32,574 nucleotides of DNA. Source: a virus. Lineage: Duplodnaviria > Caudoviricetes. The position numbers were made by a program, and so were the translations under genes. Under the pieces are notes generated by a model. It made no database searches, had not been told where the DNA came from, and was given only the letters and a program-made list of their open reading frames with translations. Position 1 is the first letter of the stretch; each line of letters begins with the position of its first letter. Shown here in pieces: positions 7,052-14,959 of the stretch. Location: positions 1 through 32,574 of IMG/VR virus record IMGVR_UViG_3300030708_001735; one strand, written 5' to 3'.

Positions 7052-7272
7052 GTTCAATGAAAGTAATATTTGAAACTGAAGATGCAAGGTTCGTGATCCC
7101 TAGTGGAAAAGAGCCTTACATCGAAGTTCGGTGTTATGAGTGTGGGGGTCATGGATATACTCCCACACAAAACGACTTACTGAACTGTAAGACTTGCAAT
7201 GGCAATGGATCAATATTTTACAATGACAATGGAGATGTAAATGAATCAAGTTATAGAGTTACAATCGTATAA
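7045..7272 (+). CDS. Small zinc-finger protein (DnaJ-type CxxCxGxG x2)
   Basis: CYECGGHG...CKTCNGNG; start may be 7057. Confidence 0.7.
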   Translation: MVSSMKVIFETEDARFVIPSGKEPYIEVRCYECGGHGYTPTQNDLLNCKTCNGNGSIFYNDNGDVNESSYRVTIV

Positions 7273-7708
7273 TTACGTACCAATCCAACAAACATATGAC
7301 AGAAATGCGGTGCTGAACAAAATGGTCGGCACTCATTTTTTTGGATCTATTGATGGTATATCTTTAGAAGAGCTATCTGAAATATTTGGCACACCGATAT
7401 ATAGTGATGACAATAAAACCAATGTGCAATGGTTAATAGAATTTGAAGATGGATTATTAGCTACCATCTACGATTACAACCAGGACATCAAAGACATCAA
7501 AAGTGAAAAAGTAATTTGGTGTGTAGGTGGCCATGATATAAGGGTTATGGATCGTGTTTATAAGCTGACAAAGATAGATCATAAAATGACTTATCACCAG
7601 GCATTAGTAACGATAGAAAAAGCGATGCTAATGATGAAAAGCCGTAACGTCCCGTTTAACTATGACCGACTAAATTTAGCCTGGTCAAAGATTCAGCGAG
7701 GTGTGTGA
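7241..7708 (+). CDS. Phage hypothetical protein
   Basis: GGAG SD; KT.VQW...F.DG..ATIYD....W.VGG motif. Confidence 0.8.
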   Translation: MNQVIELQSYNYVPIQQTYDRNAVLNKMVGTHFFGSIDGISLEELSEIFGTPIYSDDNKTNVQWLIEFEDGLLATIYDYNQDIKDIKSEKVIWCVGGHDIRVMDRVYKLTKIDHKMTYHQALVTIEKAMLMMKSRNVPFNYDRLNLAWSKIQRGV

Positions 7709-7881
7709 TGTCAGAACAAGATTTAATTAATTTTAAAGATGGGACTTATGATGCTTTGATGTATGGCATCAGAAGTGAAACCAATAAATCACATTATTAT
7801 AAACAAGGATATGACTTTGGATTAGTTTTGTATAATGATCAAATAAATGAGGTGCAAGATGACATTTCAAAAAAGAATTAA
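7708..7881 (+). CDS. Hypothetical protein (57 aa, MSEQDLINFKDG...ISKKN), not in the ORF track
   Basis: GAGGTG SD; TGATG coupling; YYKQGYDFG motif. Confidence 0.7.
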   Translation: MSEQDLINFKDGTYDALMYGIRSETNKSHYYKQGYDFGLVLYNDQINEVQDDISKKN

Positions 7882-8074
7882 TCATTTACGATGCTTGTAT
7901 GAAGAGCATGACAGATTAACAAATACATCCAAGGACAAGATTGCAGATGCCGAGTATCGTGGTGTGATGTTAGGTCTTGATATGGCCATGGATCTATCCG
8001 AATCAATAAAGGAATTTGAAGCTGACATTAAAAAAATCAGGGGCAAAGGTTCCAGGAGTTGGTGGCATGTTTAA
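7859..8074 (+). CDS. Hypothetical protein
   Basis: Start moved to ATG 7859 after GAGGTG. Confidence 0.65.
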   Translation: MTFQKRINHLRCLYEEHDRLTNTSKDKIADAEYRGVMLGLDMAMDLSESIKEFEADIKKIRGKGSRSWWHV

Positions 8075-8267
8075 AGCGATGGCTCTTATTTGTAGTGTTT
8101 GGATTGTAAATGGCAAAGCTGAACAACAATGCTTTACACACATGTTTAAATGGGAATTTGAATCACAAAAAGAATGTGAATTAAAGTTAGTTCGTTACAG
8201 AATTTACGAGCTACCCAAAAATCAAAAAATAATTTTAGATGATTGTATTAGGGTAAAAAAGTCCTGA
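8067..8267 (+). CDS. Small Cys-containing protein with hydrophobic N-terminus
   Basis: Start moved to ATG 8067 (MFKAMALICSVW) after AGGAG; four Cys. Confidence 0.65.
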   Translation: MFKAMALICSVWIVNGKAEQQCFTHMFKWEFESQKECELKLVRYRIYELPKNQKIILDDCIRVKKS

Positions 8268-8288
8268 TTTCCAGGTACAATCATACAC

Positions 8289-8338
8289 GGGGGTAGTTTT
8301 ACCCCCACTCTAAGGCTCTTAAATCGAGCCTTTTTTTT
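8289..8338 (+). terminator. Tandem hairpins / intrinsic terminator at the early-modification convergence
   Basis: GGGGGTA-GTTT-TACCCCC (8289-8306), then AAGGCTC-TTAAATC-GAGCCTT with a T8 run (8312-8338). Confidence 0.7.
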
Positions 8339-8795
8339 CCATTATCCAACAAAATTTAGGTTCAATAGATGCAGATTGGAATTCTCGTCCTGGTCTAGTT
8401 AGCCATCCTTTATGTTTATTTATTTCTACTTCATGCAATATTTTCCACCCCGAACCCCGAAGACTTGAACCACTTTCTGATTTCAAGGTATAAGTTATAA
8501 TTTTACGACCACCCATTGCTCTCCAAGCTCGCCAGGCACTAGCATATAAAAAACTATTTGTTCCTTTAGGTGCTGATTCCAGAATACAACATCTAGTAAC
8601 TTCAGCAGTAAACCCATCTTCTTTATGTCTTGATATTGGTCTACCTACGATAACAACACCGATAAGCTGATCTCCATCCGAGCAGCCAATACAAAATTTA
8701 CAACCTTGCACGGGTTTGTTATGTCTGTGGTAAGTTGATACAAACTCATTTGCATGAGCAAGTGTTATAGGTACGGCTTGTATTTTAGTCATCAA
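8319..8795 (-). CDS. XF1762-type / Mom-like GNAT-fold protein (putative DNA-base acyltransferase)
   Basis: PITL..AN.FV..YHRH.KPV, GV.IVGRP.SR..EDG.T.EVTR, SFLY..AWRA.RAMG..KIITYTL.SESG.SLR.SGW. Confidence 0.7.
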   Translation of the reverse strand: MMTKIQAVPITLAHANEFVSTYHRHNKPVQGCKFCIGCSDGDQLIGVVIVGRPISRHKEDGFTAEVTRCCILESAPKGTNSFLYASAWRAWRAMGGRKIITYTLKSESGSSLRGSGWKILHEVEINKHKGWLTRPGREFQSASIEPKFCWIMEKKGSI

Positions 8796-9471
8796 TCAAA
8801 CTCAACTGTTTTGTTTTTCTTTCATTCCAACGAATAGGACATTGAACTGAATCTATTTCTCTCGCCATTTTTTCAGGACATCTTTTACTGCTTTTATAGT
8901 TTCGAGATACATTGACCGAATCAGCAGATGCAAATGGATAATGTTTGCCTGTCATGTTTAACCCTCTCAACATATGTATCCAGGGCAGAGTTTTAAATTT
9001 TCTATCCAACATATTAAAAGCCTCATTGACTCGCTCTTCCCAGGATCTAGACCCGACTTGCCAATATTGTCCGCTGCTCCCGAAACAAACCTTTGGATAA
9101 TTTTCACACAAATACACTAGGTAATCCAGACCAAGATGCAAATGCCAGACGGGTACCCCAAAGTAATTAGGATATGGCCAGGTATTTAAAAATTCTTTAT
9201 TTTGTTTTTCGTCACCCCCGATAACATCTGGTATAACTGCCCAATGTGGATGACCAAGTTTATCTTGTAACCAATCGTAATATGCCTGATGATCAAACAC
9301 CTTACCACTTGTATAGGTAGTAAAAGCACCATTGTCCCACATGACACTTTGTCCTATTTCCAAGCATATTTTTGCATCCCTAGAATCAGCAAAGGAAACA
9401 CAAAAGTGTTTCCCTGCCATTTTGTATAGGTTCTCCTTTGGTGTCAAAGGTGTGCCATGATAGTGTATCAT
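8785..9471 (-). CDS. dpdA: TGT-fold DpdA-like 7-deazaguanine DNA transglycosylase (divergent, 228 aa)
   Basis: Ordered motifs DNGAF, PDVIG, PVWH, IHMLRG and SADS parallel the TGT/DpdA DSGAF..D..PVxH..H..G..SxDS series; adjacent to yhhQ and QueF-like genes. Confidence 0.7.
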   Translation of the reverse strand: MIHYHGTPLTPKENLYKMAGKHFCVSFADSRDAKICLEIGQSVMWDNGAFTTYTSGKVFDHQAYYDWLQDKLGHPHWAVIPDVIGGDEKQNKEFLNTWPYPNYFGVPVWHLHLGLDYLVYLCENYPKVCFGSSGQYWQVGSRSWEERVNEAFNMLDRKFKTLPWIHMLRGLNMTGKHYPFASADSVNVSRNYKSSKRCPEKMAREIDSVQCPIRWNERKTKQLSLIDD

Positions 9472-9704
9472 TTAGATATAACCTTAACCCCCAAATGATC
9501 TGATGTTAATTTAACAGAATCGAATCTTGACTTTAATATTTCAAATAAATCCTCTTGAAACATTAGTTGGTTGTAAATTCTTTTTTGAATTTTAACAAAC
9601 TCTTCGACTTCGATTATTGCATCTGAATTTATTTCAACATCATAAATATTTACAGATTCATCATTTGGACATCGACACACTAACTTAAACTGATAAAGGT
9701 GCAT
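9468..9704 (-). CDS. Minimal QueF-like (QueF-L-type) T-fold protein, 78 aa
   Basis: CP near the N-terminus, IEVEEF, FQED and C-terminal GV.V strand match the QueF/QueF-L layout from memory; the NADPH-binding E(S/L)K(S/A)hK motif is absent. Confidence 0.6.
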   Translation of the reverse strand: MHLYQFKLVCRCPNDESVNIYDVEINSDAIIEVEEFVKIQKRIYNQLMFQEDLFEILKSRFDSVKLTSDHLGVKVISK

Positions 9705-10176
9705 TTCTATTCCTTAAATAATAGTAGATAACAACTGCAGCTAACATCTTGCTAATAAACATTGTCGCACAAGCAAGTATACTAAACTGTCCAATCATGG
9801 CTAAAAATACTGCACTATCAATTGGTGTAGATACTAATGAACTTATAAGGATTCGTTGATGCAGAGGCTTACCTGTAAATGTGTACACACCCCAATCTGT
9901 AAGTTCTGAAATCATAAATGCTACAAATGATGCAACGGCAATAAATGGATTGGCCATAACATAACTTAGTATGGCACCTATAACCATAGCTCCTATTACT
10001 TTGTGTCCTATCTCTCGTTGTGCATAATCCCGAAGTATAAATATTACACCCACGATAATACTCATTGGTGGATACATGGTATCATAAAAAGGTATTAGTG
10101 GTACGTAAACAAATCCTACGTTAATTAATACCACAGATAAAATATAAGCGATCGTAAATTTATATTGATTTAACAT
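9685..10176 (-). CDS. yhhQ: VUT/YhhQ-family queuosine-precursor (preQ0/preQ1) transporter
   Basis: Multiple TM segments; F.LRD..QR..G, IAVASFVAF.ISEL.D..VY, R...S..VSTPIDS.VF. Confidence 0.85.
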   Translation of the reverse strand: MLNQYKFTIAYILSVVLINVGFVYVPLIPFYDTMYPPMSIIVGVIFILRDYAQREIGHKVIGAMVIGAILSYVMANPFIAVASFVAFMISELTDWGVYTFTGKPLHQRILISSLVSTPIDSAVFLAMIGQFSILACATMFISKMLAAVVIYYYLRNRNAPLSV

Positions 10177-10193
10177 TGTATTCTCCTTTGTTA

Positions 10194-10343
10194 TTATTCG
10201 TCTTCTTCAAATTCAAATTCGATAAAGAATTCATCATCGTCATCTTCAAGCACATTTGTAGATGGTTTGATGTTTTTTAATTTTTGTTTGGCCTGGTTAA
10301 AATTTATAACATTGTCTTCTGTTTTGGGTCTATTTTCAGCCAT
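10194..10343 (-). CDS. Small protein with very acidic tail (49 aa), not in the ORF track
   Basis: GGAGAGGAGG SD inside the 3' end of the helicase gene; MAENRPKTEDNVINFNQAK...LEDDDDEFFIEFEFEEDE. Confidence 0.7.
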   Translation of the reverse strand: MAENRPKTEDNVINFNQAKQKLKNIKPSTNVLEDDDDEFFIEFEFEEDE

Positions 10344-11785
10344 TGTCTTGCCTCCTCTCCTAATACTTTAGCACCAATGTCAATCTTATTTTTCAGAGCC
10401 TTGACAATCTTTTCGTCAATTGTGCTCTCAGTAATAAGATCTATATATGTTACCTTGTTGGTCTGACCGATACGATGACATCGATCTTCAGACTGCATTC
10501 TAGTTTCAAGATTAAAATCATTTGCATAGTAAACAACAGTATTCGCCTGGTTCAAAGTAATACCATAACCAGCGGTCGATGGATTACCCACAAAGAATCT
10601 CATAGGATTATCTGGATCTTCAAAGGCCTCGATAACTCGAACTCTTTCGTCCTGGGGTGTGTCGCCATAGTATGTCCCGACTGTTTCTTTGCCATATAAA
10701 GTTTCAAGTTTATTTTTTATTGTAACTATATCGTATCGGAATCTGGAGTAGATAAGTATCTTACCTGACACTTCATCACATATGTTTAGTAATTCAGTTA
10801 ACCTATTAGTTTTAAACTCTATTGTGTTACCCTCATCTGTTTTAAGATGTCCTGATAATATCTGCTGCAATCGTAACATTTGTGTTATGATCATGGGTGC
10901 AGTTACAGTTGAAGCTACGTCAAGTAACAAGATAGCTTCTTTTTGTATCTTGCTATACATTTTCTTTTGATCATCGGTAAGTTCAATAAAACGTGTTGTG
11001 TAAATTTTATCAGGTAAGTCAATACAATCTTTTTTCAACACTCTGTATATATATGGATCTATCTTATTAAGTAATTCGTCTAATCTTTTGTATCCAACAA
11101 TCTGCTGAAAGGTATGAGATCCAAGACTCCTTTTTAAAATGTTTGCATGACGATTAAGAAAAGCATAGTAACTTTTAAAATTTAAGATCCCTGGGTCAAG
11201 GAACTCGAACTGTGACCAGAGGTCCAATGGCGATTTGGTTACAGGTGATCCTGTAAGTAAACGTTTATATGCAAACCCCCGACCTATTTTTATCAGTGAT
11301 TTAGTTCGTTTAGCTTTATGATTCTTAATTGTTGTTGACTCATCTATGGCTATAAGTCCCCGACCTCCGAACTTCTTAGCCATCCAATTACCCGCTTTGA
11401 TCCCACGTGCACTAGAAAAAGCCTCAACATTCATAACAAATATTCTCATGGCCGTTGTTGAGATTTTAAAAAATTCATTTAATTTTTTTTCATACATTTT
11501 ATTTGTATTTGACTGCCAATAAAGTAATTTATGTTCTATATTATCTGACAGATGTGTAGGTATTTCTTTTTGCACCCAGTTACGATAAACACCTTTTGGA
11601 GCTAGTATTAATACAAAATTTATTTTTTTTTCATGCCGCAACCAGGCAATATTATCAATAAGCACTTTAGATTTACCTGTACCCATTTCCATAAAAAACC
11701 CAAAGAGTCCCATGTCTTTCGCTTTATCCAATGCATCTAATTGATGTTTATATGGTTTAGTTTTAATTATGTGGTTGACATTCAT
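10304..11785 (-). CDS. SNF2-family (SF2) helicase
   Basis: EMGTGKS, DES, LTGSP, GITL and QSEDRCHRIGQ motifs. Confidence 0.92.
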   Translation of the reverse strand: MNVNHIIKTKPYKHQLDALDKAKDMGLFGFFMEMGTGKSKVLIDNIAWLRHEKKINFVLILAPKGVYRNWVQKEIPTHLSDNIEHKLLYWQSNTNKMYEKKLNEFFKISTTAMRIFVMNVEAFSSARGIKAGNWMAKKFGGRGLIAIDESTTIKNHKAKRTKSLIKIGRGFAYKRLLTGSPVTKSPLDLWSQFEFLDPGILNFKSYYAFLNRHANILKRSLGSHTFQQIVGYKRLDELLNKIDPYIYRVLKKDCIDLPDKIYTTRFIELTDDQKKMYSKIQKEAILLLDVASTVTAPMIITQMLRLQQILSGHLKTDEGNTIEFKTNRLTELLNICDEVSGKILIYSRFRYDIVTIKNKLETLYGKETVGTYYGDTPQDERVRVIEAFEDPDNPMRFFVGNPSTAGYGITLNQANTVVYYANDFNLETRMQSEDRCHRIGQTNKVTYIDLITESTIDEKIVKALKNKIDIGAKVLGEEARQWLKIDPKQKTML

Positions 11786-11803
11786 TAATCACTCCTATAT
11801 CTT
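11775..11803 (+). promoter_or_regulatory. sigma70-like promoter of the replication operon
   Basis: TTGACA-17 bp-TATCTT, overlying the helicase start codon and SD. Confidence 0.65.
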
Positions 11804-11805
11804 CC

Positions 11806-11833
11806 AATATAAACATAAATAAAATAATTTCAA
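11806..11833 (-). promoter_or_regulatory. Possible promoter of the helicase/modification operon
   Basis: TTGAAA-16 bp-TATATT on the minus strand. Confidence 0.4.
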
Positions 11834-11861
11834 CCTAAAACCTGAAGAGGAGATACTTTAA

Positions 11862-12419
11862 ATGGCTGAAGAAATTTTTGAAGAAATGTTTGATGATACA
11901 ACGCTTGATAAAATTGAGGAAAATACAATGAAAAGTTTGTCTTCCTTAGTTAAAGAAGTTGATCAGCTTACAACTGAAATAAATGAAAAAGAACAAGAAT
12001 TGAAAAAACTTAAAACTGCTAAGTTGAAAATGTCCACTGAACAAATACCTAGTTTAATGGATGAGATGGGTATTCAACGTTTAGATGTAGAAAATTTAAG
12101 TGTGAGTTTAAAACCATTTGTTAATGCAAGTATACCACCGCATAGAAAAGAAGAAGCCTACAGATGGTTAAGAGATAATGATCTTGATGATATTATAAAA
12201 AATGATGTCATCATTTCATTTGGTAAGGGAGAGGATAACATGGCTGGGGACATTATGTATGATCTTGAGCAACGTGGTATGCATCCCGAGAAAAAGACAC
12301 ACATTCACTCAATGACACTAAAAGCATTCATTAGGGAACGTGTTGAGAAAGGTTTACCAATAGATCTTGATTTGTTTGGTGCCTTTGTAGCAAGAACCAC
12401 TGACATTAAAAGGAGTTAA
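11862..12419 (+). CDS. Replication-module protein of unknown function (N-terminal coiled coil)
   Basis: IP.LM.EMG, WLR.N...DIIKN and H..TLKAF.RE motifs, recalled as typical upstream of SSB-like genes in such phages. Confidence 0.75.
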   Translation: MAEEIFEEMFDDTTLDKIEENTMKSLSSLVKEVDQLTTEINEKEQELKKLKTAKLKMSTEQIPSLMDEMGIQRLDVENLSVSLKPFVNASIPPHRKEEAYRWLRDNDLDDIIKNDVIISFGKGEDNMAGDIMYDLEQRGMHPEKKTHIHSMTLKAFIRERVEKGLPIDLDLFGAFVARTTDIKRS

Positions 12420-12421
12420 TT

Positions 12422-13204
12422 ATGTCAAAAGCAGTAACAAAAAAAGAGGACAATCTTCCCTCTGCAATAGAAGATGAAATTTTTGAGACCGCTGGCGATG
12501 GCATTGATTACGATACATCGGAATTACAAATACCATTCCTACGTTTAGTACAAGCCATGTCTCCACAGTTAAAAAAGACTGACCCTAAATTCATAAATGG
12601 GTGCTCTCAAGGAGACATGTTCAATACTGTGACAGGACAGTTTTGGGATGGAGAAGAAGGTGTAACAGTGATACCTTGTTTTCAAGAAACAAAATATCTT
12701 GAGTTTATACCACGTGACCAAGGTGGAGGATTTGTTGGCGAGATAGCTCCTGATAATCCTGCAATTAAACAAGCAAAACGTGAAGGTAATAAAGAAATAT
12801 TATCTAATGGTAATGAACTTGTTAAATCTGATCAGCACTATTGCATTGTGCTTGATGGGGATATTCCGCAGTTAGCTATTATGGATATGAAAGTATCACA
12901 ACTTAAAGTTAGTAGACGATGGAAAACTCAAATAGCCATGCAAAAGGTCAAGGACAAAAAAGGACAACTACGTGTGCCTGCAGTTTATGCTACCATGTGG
13001 AAGTTTAAGTCTGTTGAAGAAAGTAACGATCAAGGCACATTCTTTAATTGGACTTTTGACAGAGTAGGTTTTGTCCAGGACAAAGGCTTATTTGAAGAGG
13101 CCAAGAAGTTTAGAGAGTCTGTTATGAAAGGCGAGGCAAAGGCTAGAGCCGAAGACATAGTAGACCAACCAATAGCAACTAAAGAAGATGATGAACCATT
13201 TTAA
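12422..13204 (+). CDS. Putative single-stranded DNA-binding protein
   Basis: IPFL...Q.MSPQ motif; acidic C-terminus EDDEPF; position in the replication operon. Confidence 0.6.
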   Translation: MSKAVTKKEDNLPSAIEDEIFETAGDGIDYDTSELQIPFLRLVQAMSPQLKKTDPKFINGCSQGDMFNTVTGQFWDGEEGVTVIPCFQETKYLEFIPRDQGGGFVGEIAPDNPAIKQAKREGNKEILSNGNELVKSDQHYCIVLDGDIPQLAIMDMKVSQLKVSRRWKTQIAMQKVKDKKGQLRVPAVYATMWKFKSVEESNDQGTFFNWTFDRVGFVQDKGLFEEAKKFRESVMKGEAKARAEDIVDQPIATKEDDEPF

Positions 13205-14739
13205 TGGATCTGCATCAAAAGTTCATGGCAGTGTTTGAGGGATCAAGCACTGCACATGGACAAACCACTATTGGTAACGTTAGAAAAAATGGTAAGACCG
13301 ATGCTAAGAGTTTCATCGTTAAGGAACCTTTGACTATTGATTTAATTAAAGGTCACCTGGACGGGACAACAGGCATTGGATCAATACCTATCACACACGA
13401 AAACAAGTGCAAGTTTGGTGTCTTGGATATAGACACATATCCGATAGATCATGCAGACATAGCGAAGAGATGTAAGACTATGAAACTGCCTTTTGTTGTA
13501 TGCAGAAGTAAGTCGGGTGGTGCACACTTATTTTTGTTTTTAAAAGAATATTACCCTGCAGTAGACATAAGAGATTATTTAGGAGAGATGGCCGCAGCAT
13601 TAGGTCATTCTAATTGTGAGATATTTCCAAAGCAAGATCAGATTCTCGTAGATCGAGGAGATGTAGGAAACTTTATTAATCTTCCATACTTTGATGCAGA
13701 GAATAGCTTAAGGTATGCAGTTGATGAAAAGGGTAAAGAGATGACCCTTGAGACATTTTTAGAAGTTGTAGAAAAGAAAACAATAACGTTAGAAGATTTA
13801 GCTAAACTTAATCTTGGCAATAATAAAAAAGAATTTGATGATGCACCCTGGTGCTTACGTATATTTTTTAATCTTGGTATACCAGAGGGTCAAAGAAACA
13901 AGGTTATGTTTCATGCGGGTAAATATGCAATTAAGAAGTTTCCAGAAAGTTGGAAACAAATGCTTGAGACATGGAATCAAAAGTACTGCTCACCACCACT
14001 GCCTGCATCTGAGATAGTAACAATCCAACAACAACATGAGAAAAAAGATTATGAGTATCTGTGTAGGGACGAACCTATGCAGAGTCATTGTGATAAGAAG
14101 GCATGTAAACAAGCAAAGTATGGAATCGGTGGCCATGATACGTTGCCCGAGATTGGTGGACTAACGATATTAAAATCAGAGCCAAGATTATTTTTTCTTG
14201 ATGTAGATGGTAAGAGACTCGAGCTATCTACAGAACAATTACAAATGCCTATACAGTTTCAACGTGCATGCATAGAACAAATAGATTTTATGCCTCCGTT
14301 GTTTAAACCAGGGGATTGGCAAGTTTTGGTAAATAACTTGTTGTCCACTGCAACATCAATAGAAGCTTCTGAAGAATTGACTATAACAGGACAATTTAAA
14401 GAGCTCGTAGAAACCTACTGCACTAGCCGCATTCGGGCAAAGTCACCCGAAGAAATGACCATGGGTAAACCATGGACAGAAGATGACTTAACATATTTTA
14501 CCATGAAAGGGTTGCAGGAGTTTTTGAAACAAAGGGGATTTACTACCTTTAACAGACCACAGATCCAACAAAGATTAAAAGATTTGAACAATGACACCAA
14601 ATGTAATGGCATGAAACAAATCAAAATGGATGATGGTAAATGGACTAACTTGAGGGTTTGGTGGGTTCCTAAATTTGAAACTACTGAAGTGGATTTATCT
14701 ACAAACAAGGAGACAAACGATGACGAAATCCCATTCTAA
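13204..14739 (+). CDS. AEP-superfamily primase(-polymerase) with Cys-rich accessory domain
   Basis: GVLDID, SKSGGAHLFLF, EIFPKQ and GNFINLPY motifs; no Walker A. Confidence 0.85.
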   Translation: MDLHQKFMAVFEGSSTAHGQTTIGNVRKNGKTDAKSFIVKEPLTIDLIKGHLDGTTGIGSIPITHENKCKFGVLDIDTYPIDHADIAKRCKTMKLPFVVCRSKSGGAHLFLFLKEYYPAVDIRDYLGEMAAALGHSNCEIFPKQDQILVDRGDVGNFINLPYFDAENSLRYAVDEKGKEMTLETFLEVVEKKTITLEDLAKLNLGNNKKEFDDAPWCLRIFFNLGIPEGQRNKVMFHAGKYAIKKFPESWKQMLETWNQKYCSPPLPASEIVTIQQQHEKKDYEYLCRDEPMQSHCDKKACKQAKYGIGGHDTLPEIGGLTILKSEPRLFFLDVDGKRLELSTEQLQMPIQFQRACIEQIDFMPPLFKPGDWQVLVNNLLSTATSIEASEELTITGQFKELVETYCTSRIRAKSPEEMTMGKPWTEDDLTYFTMKGLQEFLKQRGFTTFNRPQIQQRLKDLNNDTKCNGMKQIKMDDGKWTNLRVWWVPKFETTEVDLSTNKETNDDEIPF

Positions 14740-14959
14740 TGAAAAACAGATGGATAGGAGCACTACGTTTTTGAGAGGACCCGAGGTATGTTCTTGGCTT
14801 AAAATATCTAAGTCAACATTATATCTTTGGGTACAAAAAGGTATTTTTCCTAAACCTGTAATTCTTGGTTTACCCGAAAAGAACGGAACATCCAGATGGA
14901 TAGAAAGTGAAGTTCAAGAGTGGTTAGATAATAGACCAAGAGAAAAGACCGATGGATGA
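14720..14959 (+). CDS. AlpA / excisionase-like HTH protein
   Basis: LR..EV...L.ISKSTLY.WV..G.FPKP..LG.....RW..SEV.EWL; start moved to ATG 14720 after AGGAG. Confidence 0.85.
   Translation: MTKSHSNEKQMDRSTTFLRGPEVCSWLKISKSTLYLWVQKGIFPKPVILGLPEKNGTSRWIESEVQEWLDNRPREKTDG

Noticed and set aside
8785-9471. Calling this a canonical tRNA-guanine transglycosylase
   Set aside because: Too short and lacking the C-terminal zinc-binding CxCxxC region; the context favours a DNA-acting DpdA-like enzyme.
9468-9704. Calling this the preQ0 reductase QueF
   Set aside because: The NADPH-binding QueF signature is absent.
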